Assembly (NCBI GenBank): GCA_963847705.1
Contig: CAWKBC010000030.1
Location: forward strand, 64,001 to 128,000
Source: an uncultured Pseudomonadota bacterium
GTDB lineage: Bacteria; Myxococcota_A; Polyangia; Fen-1088
Direction: 5' to 3'
Length of the DNA stretch: 64,000 nucleotides
Each line of letters begins with the position of its first letter. Position 1 is the first letter of the stretch. Positions 1-13,011 of the stretch are shown here, one piece after another. The notes beneath the pieces are model-generated. The model worked only from the letters and a program-made list of their open reading frames with translations, was not told the origin of the DNA and made no database searches. The position numbers were made by a program, and so were the translations under genes.

Positions 1-1069
1 CGATAGCCCGGCAACCAGCAGCGGTGGAACGATGATCCTTCCGCTGCAATCGCTGGGAACCGATCACCGGGTCATCACCTATCCGCAGGAGGCGACCAGC
101 GACGTCCAGGCGACCGCGGGCAGCCGCGGCGGAAGCGCGCGCGTGATGGTCGTCGCCACGCAGGACGGAACGACGGTCAGGTTCACCCCGGTCGGCGCGG
201 TGACCGGCGATCCGAGCAGCGACCCGCCCGCGCCCGCCATCGACGCCGGAGCCACCTACACGGTCATGCTCGACGCGGGCGACGTGTTTCAGATCTACAG
301 CGGCGCCATGGGCGAGGATCTGACGGGCGCCGAGGTCTGGGCCAGCGCGCGGGTGGCTGTCTTCTCGGGGAACATCTCCACCACTTACGGTTTCAATGTC
401 ACCGGGATCAACTCAGCCGACATGGCGCACGAGCAGATGCCGCCGCTTTCGAGCTGGAGCAAGACCTATGTCGCGGCGGCCATGACGCCGCAGGCGAGCA
501 TCGGCTGCACGTCGTTCTTTGGGATGAACGGGGCGTCGATCTGGAAGGTGCTCGCTTCGCACGACGGCACGACGGTGACCGTGGCGGGGCCGGGAATCCC
601 CAGCGCGAACTATCCGCTCGACGCTGGCGGGGTCCTGACGCTCGTGGAGACCAGCAGCTTCACCGTCACGACCAAGACTTACCCGATTCTGGTGACCCAG
701 GGGATCGACTGCGAGCCGAGCCTCTCGCTGGCGGTGGCGGTCGGCGCGACGACCCTCCTCACCAACCTCCCTTTCGCGGTACCGCCCAGCTTCGATCTCT
801 TGCTGGACATCGTTCGCCCGGCGGGCGCGGAGATCCTTCTCGACACCAAGGCCGTCAGCGGGGCCATGTTCCACGCGGTGGGGCCCTACGAGGTCGCCTC
901 CATTCCGCTCGATCCCTGCGTCCCCACCGACGGGAGCGGCGTCTGCACCCACCTGCTCGTCTCGACCTCGATGAACGGCGGGTTCGGAATGAGCCTGCGC
1001 GGGATGGACGTCGGGTCGAGCTTCGCGTTCACCACGCCCTTGGTCGGCTGCGACCTCTGCGTCAACTAG
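1..1069 (+). CDS. IgGFc-binding-protein N-terminal-domain-like secreted protein (5' truncated by window edge)
   Basis: Frame is open from the window start. Motifs 'LPLQSLGTDHRV', 'VVATQDGTTV', 'LDAGDVFQI', 'VAVFSG' and 'HEQMPP...W' are typical of IgGFc_binding domains in myxobacterial lipoproteins. Confidence 0.7.
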   Translation, partial: DSPATSSGGTMILPLQSLGTDHRVITYPQEATSDVQATAGSRGGSARVMVVATQDGTTVRFTPVGAVTGDPSSDPPAPAIDAGATYTVMLDAGDVFQIYSGAMGEDLTGAEVWASARVAVFSGNISTTYGFNVTGINSADMAHEQMPPLSSWSKTYVAAAMTPQASIGCTSFFGMNGASIWKVLASHDGTTVTVAGPGIPSANYPLDAGGVLTLVETSSFTVTTKTYPILVTQGIDCEPSLSLAVAVGATTLLTNLPFAVPPSFDLLLDIVRPAGAEILLDTKAVSGAMFHAVGPYEVASIPLDPCVPTDGSGVCTHLLVSTSMNGGFGMSLRGMDVGSSFAFTTPLVGCDLCVN

Positions 1070-1140
1070 TTCGGGACCGGAGAGGTCCCGCTCCCCCGCG
1101 AAGGGCTCGGGCCGGCGAAGCCGTCCCTCCCCCACGCGAT

Positions 1141-1995
1141 CTACGGGGGCTCCGCGAAGCCGGTGGTCAGGCGATTCTTGAGGGCCTCGAGGTCGGCGCG
1201 GAGGTTGTCGTTGGTGAAGTTGTCGCGCTTGCGGCGGACGTCGAAGTAGAGGAGCACCGTCCCCAGCACCGGGATCGGCAGCATCACCATGGTGAAGAGG
1301 TCGCTCAAGAGCGAGCCGACGAAGATGGCGGAGGGGGCGACGAAGATGCTCGCCACCAGCTGCGCCACGAAGCGGACGATGGCGAAGGTCATCAGCAGCA
1401 GCGCGACCCGCAGCCAGTCCGAGCGGACCAGCGTGGTGCTCCGTTCGAGGGCGGCCCGGCCGCCCAGCCCCTCGATCAGCACCACCGGTGAGACGAAGGT
1501 GAAGAAGAGCGCCAGCACCAAGCCGGGGATCACGAAGAAGAGGCAGCCGAGGGTGATCACGATGGCCGCGGGGATGACGGCGGAGAGCAGCTTGCCGAGC
1601 CGCCGGAAGAGGAGCATCCAGACCTCGCGCCACTCCGCCTGCCCGCCCAGGATGCGATCGGCGGCGGCGATGGTGAGGGCCCCATTGGTCAATGGCACGA
1701 TGATCCCGTAGAGAAAGAACGCCGTCACCAGCGTCCCCAGGAGCCCGAGCATGTAGACGCTCAGGCTGCCGGCCAGCGCCGCCGCCGGATCGGACGACGC
1801 GGCGATGGCCAGCGTCGGACCGAGGATCGCCGCGCGCGCCATGGAATTGATGATGGCGGCGGGCACGAACAGCAACGCGCAGGTGAGGAGCAGCGGCTTG
1901 GCGTGCGCGCGGCAGAGCCGGAAGGCCTCGCCCAGGATGTCCGCCACGCCCTTCTCGGGAGCGGGTGAACCTTCGGGAATCAGCGTCTCGTCCAT
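1141..1995 (-). CDS. Integral membrane protein (GPDPase membrane-domain/DUF975-like)
   Basis: About 6 hydrophobic segments; 'PVVLIEGLGGRAALERSTTLV' and 'LLYFDVRRK' match this membrane family. Confidence 0.6.
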   Translation of the reverse strand: MDETLIPEGSPAPEKGVADILGEAFRLCRAHAKPLLLTCALLFVPAAIINSMARAAILGPTLAIAASSDPAAALAGSLSVYMLGLLGTLVTAFFLYGIIVPLTNGALTIAAADRILGGQAEWREVWMLLFRRLGKLLSAVIPAAIVITLGCLFFVIPGLVLALFFTFVSPVVLIEGLGGRAALERSTTLVRSDWLRVALLLMTFAIVRFVAQLVASIFVAPSAIFVGSLLSDLFTMVMLPIPVLGTVLLYFDVRRKRDNFTNDNLRADLEALKNRLTTGFAEPP

Positions 1996-2066
1996 GGGCG
2001 GTCCTCCTTCTCGAATCCGGGCGGAAGCATATATCGAAGGGGCGCGCGCGTGTTAGAAGTCGGCGG

Positions 2067-2945
2067 ATGGGCCGGCGCCCCGCATACGGTCTGGCTGGGC
2101 TGCCGTTGGCACTGGCGGTGTTGGCCCTCGCCCCGGCCGCGCGGGCCGAGGAGCAACCGCAGGTCGTGCCATCGGTCGAGGCGGCGCCAGTCCCGGCGCC
2201 CGCGCAGCCGCCGGTCGAGACGCCGTCAGTCCCGGCGCCCGCGCCGCCGCTCGAGACGCCGCCAGTCCCGGCGCCCGCGCCGCCGCTCGAGGCGCCGCCA
2301 GCTCAGGCGCCCGCGCCGCCTCCGGTGGAGACGCCCCTGGTCGCCCGGCCGCCCGAGCAGCCGTCCGAGGTGGTCGAAGCTGAGCTGCTCTCCCTCGCGC
2401 CGCCACCACGCCCCCGCCTGTCGCTGGCGGTGGGAATGGGCGCCACCCTCGACCCCACCGGGTTCGCCAACGGTGGACACTTCATCCCGGCGTTCTTCGG
2501 CGTCGGTGACATCGGCGACGGGTTGCTTGGGTTCAGCATGGGCGCGTTCTCGTCGGCGGCGTTGGGCCGGTTTCCCACCGCGGACAGCCCGGTCGATCGG
2601 CTGGCGCTCGACGCCTTCGGCGTGTTTCGGCCGGCGGCCCGCCTGCGCCCGGGGGATCAGCGCTACCGCATGCGTGTCCTGCGGACCCTGGGCGCCGAGC
2701 TCGGCCTGGGGTTCGAGCGCGATGGCCAGGTGGTGGTCTCCGGCACCCGCTGGGTGATTCACACCGGCGCGCGGATCGAGTTTCCGTTGACCTCGGGCCA
2801 GGCCAGCGAGCTCCGGCTGCGTCTGGCCGTGCGCCGGGCCTTCGGCCTCTACACCCCGGAGCTCTCGACGAATTCGGGGTCGAACGGGACCATCTCGGTC
2901 GGCGACTCGACCGAGCTCTACGCCGCGCTCGCCGTGGTCTTCTAG
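2067..2945 (+). CDS. Secreted Pro-rich protein with beta-strand-rich C-terminus ending in Phe (possible outer-membrane protein)
   Basis: ATG at 2067 gives a signal peptide ending 'APAARA-EE', then a Pro/Ala linker and a C-terminal 'ELYAALAVVF'. Confidence 0.6.
   Translation: MGRRPAYGLAGLPLALAVLALAPAARAEEQPQVVPSVEAAPVPAPAQPPVETPSVPAPAPPLETPPVPAPAPPLEAPPAQAPAPPPVETPLVARPPEQPSEVVEAELLSLAPPPRPRLSLAVGMGATLDPTGFANGGHFIPAFFGVGDIGDGLLGFSMGAFSSAALGRFPTADSPVDRLALDAFGVFRPAARLRPGDQRYRMRVLRTLGAELGLGFERDGQVVVSGTRWVIHTGARIEFPLTSGQASELRLRLAVRRAFGLYTPELSTNSGSNGTISVGDSTELYAALAVVF
2175..2336 (+). repeat. Intragenic imperfect tandem repeat, 36-39 bp, about 4 copies, encoding (V/L)E(A/T)PPVPAPAPP
   Basis: Repeated 'gagacgccgccagtcccggcgcccgcgccgccg'-like units read directly. 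Confidence 0.85.
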
Positions 2946-3007
2946 CCCGGCTAGAGTTTGGCGCTGGGGCTCAGGGCCCGACCCCAGAAAGCCGATGAAG
3001 AGAGTCG

Positions 3008-3934
3008 ATGTGGTTTCGGATCACAGGTAGACCCTTGGCGTTCGCCTTCGCCGGGCTGGCGGTCGCCTGCGCAGCCGGATGCACGTCGACCGTCGAGGTG
3101 CGCCCTGCGGCCGAATCGCTGGCGCCGACCGTCGCCAGCGTGGTCGGTCTGCCGCTCTCGATCGGCTGGGGGGGCGACCCCGAGCTGCGCCGGATCCAGC
3201 GCCGCGCCAGCGACAGCCTGATCGCCGCGAGCGGCGGACACGCCGTGATCGCCGAGGAGCTCGTCACCGGCGAGGACGATGCGGCGGTCGCGGCGGCGCT
3301 CAAATCCCTGGGCGAGGACCCGAAGCGCGCGCTGACCTTCACCATCAACATCGGCATGGGCGGGCGTCTGGAGAACGGCGTGGCGGCGATCCCGGGGTTC
3401 ATCGTGGGGAAGCGGCTGGTGGTCGACTACCACGCCCACGTCGACGTCCGGCAGCTCGGCAACCGGGAGCTCATCGGGAGCGTCGAGACCGTCGCCAGCG
3501 GCGCGCCCAACGAGCCGGAGGTCGGCCCCGACGGGGAGAAGCACGCGGTGATGGAGGCGATCGACGCCGCGCTGGAGAAGGCCATCGCCACCTTCGCGCC
3601 GCGCCTCGCCTCGAACGCCTCCGGGTCGACCATCGTCGAGGTGCCGGCCGAGGCAGCCGCCAGCGTGACCCGGCGGCTGACGGCGCTCGGCACCCTCTAC
3701 CCCGAGCTCTCGCTGGATGAGATGCAGGCGCTGGCGCAGAGCCCCGAGCGGTTCCTGGTCCTCGCTCCCGGCCCGCTGGCCGCCCTGGGGATCGCGCGCG
3801 GCGATCTGCTGGGAGTCCCCGGCGGTGTGACCGCGGCCAGCCGCGCGGCACTGGCCCGCGCGGTCGCCCACGGTCTGAAGCCGGCGCTGGCCGTCGAGCG
3901 CGGCGGGCAGCGGTACGTGCTGGCGGCGCGGTAG
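3008..3934 (+). CDS. Hypothetical lipoprotein
   Basis: Signal peptide with lipobox-like 'AAGC'; GC3-rich codon pattern. Confidence 0.65.
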   Translation: MWFRITGRPLAFAFAGLAVACAAGCTSTVEVRPAAESLAPTVASVVGLPLSIGWGGDPELRRIQRRASDSLIAASGGHAVIAEELVTGEDDAAVAAALKSLGEDPKRALTFTINIGMGGRLENGVAAIPGFIVGKRLVVDYHAHVDVRQLGNRELIGSVETVASGAPNEPEVGPDGEKHAVMEAIDAALEKAIATFAPRLASNASGSTIVEVPAEAAASVTRRLTALGTLYPELSLDEMQALAQSPERFLVLAPGPLAALGIARGDLLGVPGGVTAASRAALARAVAHGLKPALAVERGGQRYVLAAR

Positions 3935-3984
3935 TCGCGGCGGGGGCGTCGGGCTCTGCCCGGTGACGCTCGCCGTGGGGGTGC

Positions 3985-4007
3985 AAAGGACCCTTCGAGG
4001 GCCCTTT
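3985..4007. terminator. Possible stem-loop/terminator
   Basis: AAAGGACCC-TTCGA-GGGCCCTTT, one mismatch, intergenic. Confidence 0.3.
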
Positions 4008-4025
4008 CGTGAGTAGACTCGCCGG

Positions 4026-5994
4026 GTGTTGCGGACCGCCGCGCGCTTCCTGCCGCTCGCGGCGCTCTTGCTGTTCATCGCCGGGCTCTCGCTCTGCCCG
4101 ATGGCGGAGTCGGATTCTGTTTTTCCACCTCAAGGCGGGGCAGGAGATCCTGGCGCGGCACGGCCTCCCCGGGCGCAACCTCTATTCGTTCACCGCCCCC
4201 GACTACCCGGACCTGGACACCTCCTGGCTCGCCGAGGTCGGCGCCGCGGCGCTCTTCGCGCGCGGTGGCTTTCCCGCCATCGTCGTGGCCAAGACGCTGG
4301 TCCTGCTGAGCGCCTTCGCGGGCGCCTACGCGCTTTGCCGGCGGCGGGGCGCCGGTGCGGTGGCGAGCGCGCTGGCGCTGGCGGCCGCGGCGTTCGTGGG
4401 GCGCGACCGCTTCGTCGAGCGACCGCATCTCTTCTCTCTGGCCGGTGCGGTGGCGACGCTGGCGGCGATCGACGCCCTGCTGGAACGACGGTGCGAAGCG
4501 GCGGCGGCCGCGCGCGCGGCGGCCTGGTTTCTGGGTGCCGTCGTGGTGTGGGCCAACTTGCACGCCGGGGTGTTCGTGGCGCCGGTCCTCGTCGGAGCAG
4601 CGGCGGTGGCGACCGCGACCGTCGGGCGCGACCGCCTGGGGGCGCGGCGGCTCGCCCTCTTGGCCGCGGGCGCGGCGCTGGCGGCGCTGGTCACGCCGGT
4701 GGGGTGGGGTCTCATCCGATACCTGCGCCTGCATCTGGTGCTCCCGGCGCTTCATCCGGTCGACGAGTTCCGTGCGCCGACCTGGCTCTCCGACGGGGCG
4801 CTGGTGGTCTACGCGGGCGCCTTCGTCGTTGCCGCCACGTTCCTGGTGGCGATCGGCAGGGGCCCCGCGCGCGCGCGGACCTTCGTGCTGCTCGCGCCCG
4901 TCCTGCCGCTCGGGATTCTGGCCGCCCATTCGGTCCGTTTCGGCGCCGACTTCGCGCTGGTGGCGGCGCCGGTCCTGGCGATCGCCGGGACCGTGGCCGC
5001 GGATCGCCTGGCGCTGCGGTTCCCCGGGGTCGCGCCCAGCTTGCGGTCCCCGCTGCCGGCTGTTGCGACGGCCGCGCTGCTGATCGGCTTTGCGGTCGCG
5101 CCGCGGCTGGCGGCCGGGTCGACGTCCGGGATCGGCCTCGACACGCGCGAGCTGCCGCTCGCGGCGATCGCCTTCGCCAACGACAATGGCCTCCGCGCGC
5201 GGATGTACAACGACTTCGAGCTCGGCTCGTACCTGTTGTTCGAACCGGTGGGCGGCTACCCCCGGCACAGGGTCTTCGTCGATCCCCGGCTGCCGGCCTA
5301 CCCGCCGGAGATGCACCGGTTGCTGGGGCGGAGCGATCTGACACGCGACGAATGGCAGGCCGCGATGGATCGCTATGGCGTCGACAGCGCGCTCCTCGCC
5401 TACGCGGGGATCAACCGGCGGGTCGCCTGGTGGGACCCGGCGCGCTGGGCGCTCATCTTCAGCGGAGGTGACGCGCGCATCTTCGTGCGACGGCTGCCGC
5501 GCTTCGCCGCGCTCATCGCCACGCACGAGATCCCGGCCACGTTCGGCTTTTCGGTCGAGGAGGGGACGACGACGCTGCCGCTCGAGGCCCGACCGCCGGC
5601 GTCCCCGGTCAGCGAGTGCGAGTGGAGCCGGCGGCTCGGCGATCTGATGTTCGAGCTGGACGGCGCGCTCAGCGAGCGGGCGCGCGCGGCCTACGCGCGT
5701 GCGCTGGCGTCGCCGGTCGGCTGCCTGGCACCCGCGGACGAGTCGCGGCTCGGCGCCTGGCTGGGCGCGGTCGCGCTCGGCACACAACGACCGGCCGAGG
5801 CGCTCGCCTTCCTCGAGCGCGCGCTCGGCGCCGGAAATCGCGAGCTCTCCACCTTCACCGATCGCGCGGCGGCGCTGGAGGCGCTGGGACGACGCGCCGA
5901 AGCGGCCGCCGCCTGGAGCGACGTCGCCAGGCGCGCCGGTGATTCCCCCCTCGCTGTCCGCGCCCGCGGCCGCGCGGCGCGGCTCGGGAACTAG
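4026..5994 (+). CDS. Multi-pass membrane protein ('DLFFHL..G' family, GT-C-like) with C-terminal TPR-like helices; +1 frameshift at ~4115
   Basis: The N-terminal TM is in the 4026 frame and the rest is in the 4009 frame. Removing one T from GGATTCTG gives ESDLFFHLKAGQ. Also has 'ERPHLFS', 'WANLHAG' and 'VFVDPR'. Confidence 0.7.
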
Positions 5995-6147
5995 CCCCCA
6001 GCTCCCAAGATTCGTCACATCGCCGGCGCCGAGCTGGCGTTCCGCGCCCGCATTCCGGCCGATTGTTACGTCACGACCGGACAGCCGCCGACTCGATGAA
6101 GTGGCTGGCTCCGATCGCGACGAACCGCGGGAGCCCCGAACTGGCCC

Positions 6148-8011
6148 CTAGTTTCTCCGGCCCTCGAAGGTGGCCGTGACCTGCGAGCTCCCCAGGCTGG
6201 TCCGGAGGGTGACCGACCAGGTGGCGGCCGGGGAGGTTCCGGTGCCGTCGGAGCCGAGGCGGTCGGCCAGTCCGCCGCCGGACTTTTCAATCAGCGGCGC
6301 CGTCCCGGAGAGCGAGAGATCGAGGCCGGTTCCGTCGGCGGCGGCGAACGCGCCGTCGAGCTTCGCGGCGAGCGCCCCCAGGCCGCTCGAGCAGGCGCTC
6401 ATCAGGCAGCCGGCGGGGCGGGCCGCGGCGGGACAGACGACGCCGTCGAGCGCGCCGCAGCCGGTGGCGGTGCCGCCCGGCGTCTGGGCCAGCGAGAACA
6501 GCACCGCGAGGAATGACGGGACGTCGGCCGGCAGCCCGCGGGGGACGAGCGCCAGCGGTCCGAAGGCGGCGTGCGCCGCGGTGCCCAGCCGGAGCGTGAA
6601 GCCGTGGTTCCCGATCACCAGAGCGTCGTCGCTCACGGTGGCCGAGGTATAGGCCTGCAAGATCGGCAGGGCCAGCGAGGCCAGCGTCACGGGGACCTGC
6701 GAGGTGGGGCCGAACTCGGCGCCCGTCAGGAGGTGCGTGACGGCGTAGCTGCCGGCGGTCCCGCTCGGCGCGACGGTCAGCTGCGAGACGAGCTGCACGC
6801 TGTCGAGGATGGAGGCGGCGTCGTCGGCGATCTCCGGCAGCGCCAGGAGCGTCGGCGGCGTCGGGCTGCCGAAGAGGCTGAGCGCCAGCGCGTCGAGGCT
6901 CTCGTTCCCGGCCGCGTCCTGCGCGCCTCGACAACGAGAGGGGCCCCCGGCGCCGTCGGCCAGCAGGACACCGCGCAGCGCCGCGATCGCGTCACCGAGG
7001 GGGCCCTCTGCGCCGGGCGCCGTCGCCGGGACGCAGTCGAGCGGGTCGGCGCTGGTGGCTGGCGAGAGGGCGTCGGCCGTGCAGTCGAGCCAGAGCTGGG
7101 CCGGATTCGAGCGGGCAGTCCGAGAGATCCGTCCAGGGCGCGGCGACGGCCGCGGCCGCCGCCAGCGGTGGCGCAAACTTCAGCGTCGACGTCACCGTGT
7201 AGGTGCCGACCGGGTCGGGGAACCAGTCGGTGAGCGGCAGCGCGACCTCGACGGTTTCGTTCGGCAGCAGGATCGACCCGGGAATGTCGACGCAGCCGGT
7301 GGCGACCAGCGTCCCTCCCGAGTAGGCCCGCCCGACGGCGGCGCTGACCACCGTCGTGCTCACCACGTCGAAACGAGCGGGGGTGGCGAGCCCGGTCAAG
7401 GTGACCTCGGGACGCACGGGCGTGGGCGGCGCGTCGAGATCGAGATCGGCGCAGGAGACAGGGTCGTAGATGAGGACGTCGATCGTCGCGTCGGGCGGCA
7501 GCGGGCTGCTCGACGGTGCCACGAACGGCGCCACCAGGACCGTCCCCGTGGGCCCCGTGGCGACGATGATGGTGACGTCGGCGGTGGCGGCGCCGATCTG
7601 CGCCTCGACGCGGAAGTCGGCCAGCCCGGCGCGCACGATGACGGAGACGCTTCCGTCGGCGCCGGTGATGCCCGACGGCGCGGCGACGGTGGCCCCCTGG
7701 ACGCCGGCGGTGGACGAACCGATGGTGGTGAACGAGACGGTCTGGCCGGGGACCGGGTGGCCGCCGTCGGTCAGGATGAAGGTCAGGGTCGCCTGCGCGT
7801 TGGGACTGAGCTCGAGCGGCTGCGTGGTCGCGGTGGCGGTGAGAATGAAGTCTCCCGTTCCGACCCCGCTGCTGCCTCCAGAGCAGCCGTCGCCTGCCGT
7901 TGCCGCGACGAGCAGGGCCACCGCGCAGGCGACGCGCCCGCTTGTGGACAGGCTGTGGATTCTTTTGCGCTGGATTGCCCGCGCCGGCAGGGCCAAGCTC
8001 GATCGCCGCAT
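6148..8011 (-). CDS. Secreted/lipoprotein with Ig-like (Big-1-like) N-terminal domain and Cys-rich body; frameshift at ~7106; start uncertain
   Basis: The tail of ORF 6992..10288 ('GDGCSGG...PVPGQTVSF...GITGADGSVSV') joins ORF 6148..7176 as WTDLSDCPL-DPAQLWLDC if one base of GGATTC is removed. Confidence 0.65.
7943..7962 (-). promoter_or_regulatory. Two tandem DnaA-box-like motifs upstream of dnaE
   Basis: Reverse complements CTGTCCACA (7943-7951) and GAATCCACA (7954-7962) versus TT(A/G)TCCACA; 50-70 bp before the dnaE ATG. Confidence 0.35.
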
Positions 8012-11677
<3,666 letters not shown>

Positions 11678-11686
11678 GCGGCGGCG

Positions 11687-12424
11687 CTACTCGCAGGTGA
11701 GCGTCGTCGCGTTGCAGGCGAGCGGCGGCAGGCAGTCGTCGGTCGTGTTGCAGGCGCCGCCCATCCCCTGGAACGGGAAGCAGGTCCCCAGGGTTCCGCT
11801 GCCGCCGATCGAGGTGACGTTCTGGCCGGTCCCCTGCGACAGACAGTAGGCGCCGCTGACGCACTCCTCGGTCATGTCACAGCGCTCGCCGACGGGGATA
11901 TAGCCCGTGAAGAGGTTGGCGCAGGCCGGGTTGTCGAGCGCCACCTGGACGTCGGGCTCGGTCTGACCGGCCAGGGCCGCGCAGCTGGTGCTGGCGTAGG
12001 CGCTGACGCAGGTCGTGGCGATCGTCGGGTCGATCGTCAGCAGCCCTTCACCGACCGCGGTCGTCACCAGCGCGAGCTGCTGGTCCGCCGAGAGCGTCGC
12101 GCGATCGATGCAGCTGGAAACCCCGCCATCGGTGGCCGCGGCGTCGCTGTCGCCGCTGCACGTGCCGGGGGCCGCCGTTGCACCACCATCCCGGTTGGTC
12201 GAACCGTCCGGGAGCGTGGTGCCCGCGGGCGAGCCGCAGCAGGCGGCCTGCGCGGTGCAGAAGGCCTGCGCCAGCAGGGAGGCCAGCGTGGTGGTCGAGC
12301 CGGGGACGGGCGTCGCCGAGCCGGAGCCCGAGGTGCAGCCGACCAGGGCCGCCAAGAGCAGCGTCAGGAATGTGGCGCTTCCACGACCGCAAAGACGGTT
12401 TCGCATGGGCGCCATCAATAACAT
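11687..12424 (-). CDS. Cys-rich lipoprotein (myxobacterial type)
   Basis: Lipobox 'LVGC', 'CTAQAACC' and Dickkopf-like 'GGACNTTDDCLPPLAC'. True start may be 12406. Confidence 0.7.
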   Translation of the reverse strand: MLLMAPMRNRLCGRGSATFLTLLLAALVGCTSGSGSATPVPGSTTTLASLLAQAFCTAQAACCGSPAGTTLPDGSTNRDGGATAAPGTCSGDSDAAATDGGVSSCIDRATLSADQQLALVTTAVGEGLLTIDPTIATTCVSAYASTSCAALAGQTEPDVQVALDNPACANLFTGYIPVGERCDMTEECVSGAYCLSQGTGQNVTSIGGSGTLGTCFPFQGMGGACNTTDDCLPPLACNATTLTCE

Positions 12425-12549
12425 GAGGACCCGGGCTCCCGCGCGTGATACGCGTCGCGCCGCCGCGCGTCGCGCCGCGTCGGATTCAGGCGATGGATGG
12501 CCTCTAGGGGCTGGTTTGAAAGAAGCTCAGACACTATGCTCGGAGCATC

Positions 12550-12864
12550 TTGTCGCGGGAAACGACCCGTCCGAGACCTAAGACTAAGACTAAGGCTGTG
12601 CCGGTGATGACCGTTCGTCTGCTCTTGCAGGATGTTGCCGAAGGAATTCGCGTGCTTCAAACGCGCGACGGCGTCGATCTGACCGACGAGCAGATCCTCG
12701 AGCGGGCGCGCAACATCGTGACCGGCCTGCTCGGGAACTATCGGATCCGTTCGATCGATCCGCGCGAGCCCCGTGAGCCGGAAGAGGTTCACCAGATGGA
12801 CCTGCTCGACCAGATCGAAGCGCGCGCCGAAGCGCGCAACAACGGCCGTCCAGGCCGCGCCTAG
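12550..12864 (+). CDS. Small hypothetical protein
   Basis: 104-aa ORF with a helical core 'DLTDEQILERARNIVTGLLGNY'; fills the intergenic space. Confidence 0.55.
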   Translation: MSRETTRPRPKTKTKAVPVMTVRLLLQDVAEGIRVLQTRDGVDLTDEQILERARNIVTGLLGNYRIRSIDPREPREPEEVHQMDLLDQIEARAEARNNGRPGRA

Positions 12865-13011
12865 CTTCGTTCCTTTCGGCGCGGCACCGGCGCCCGAGGT
12901 GGCGTCGGTGTTGGTCTGGAGGTGTTTGGCTTCCTTGCCGCGCCGGCTCAAGGTCTGTTCGGACTGGCCGATCCTTGAGGGGAACGAACGGGCCGAGATC
13001 TCTTAGTTTTC

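Noticed and set aside
6809-8011. 400-aa N-terminal extension of DnaE
   Set aside because: Antisense to the lipoprotein gene; DnaE motifs begin at ATG 8012.
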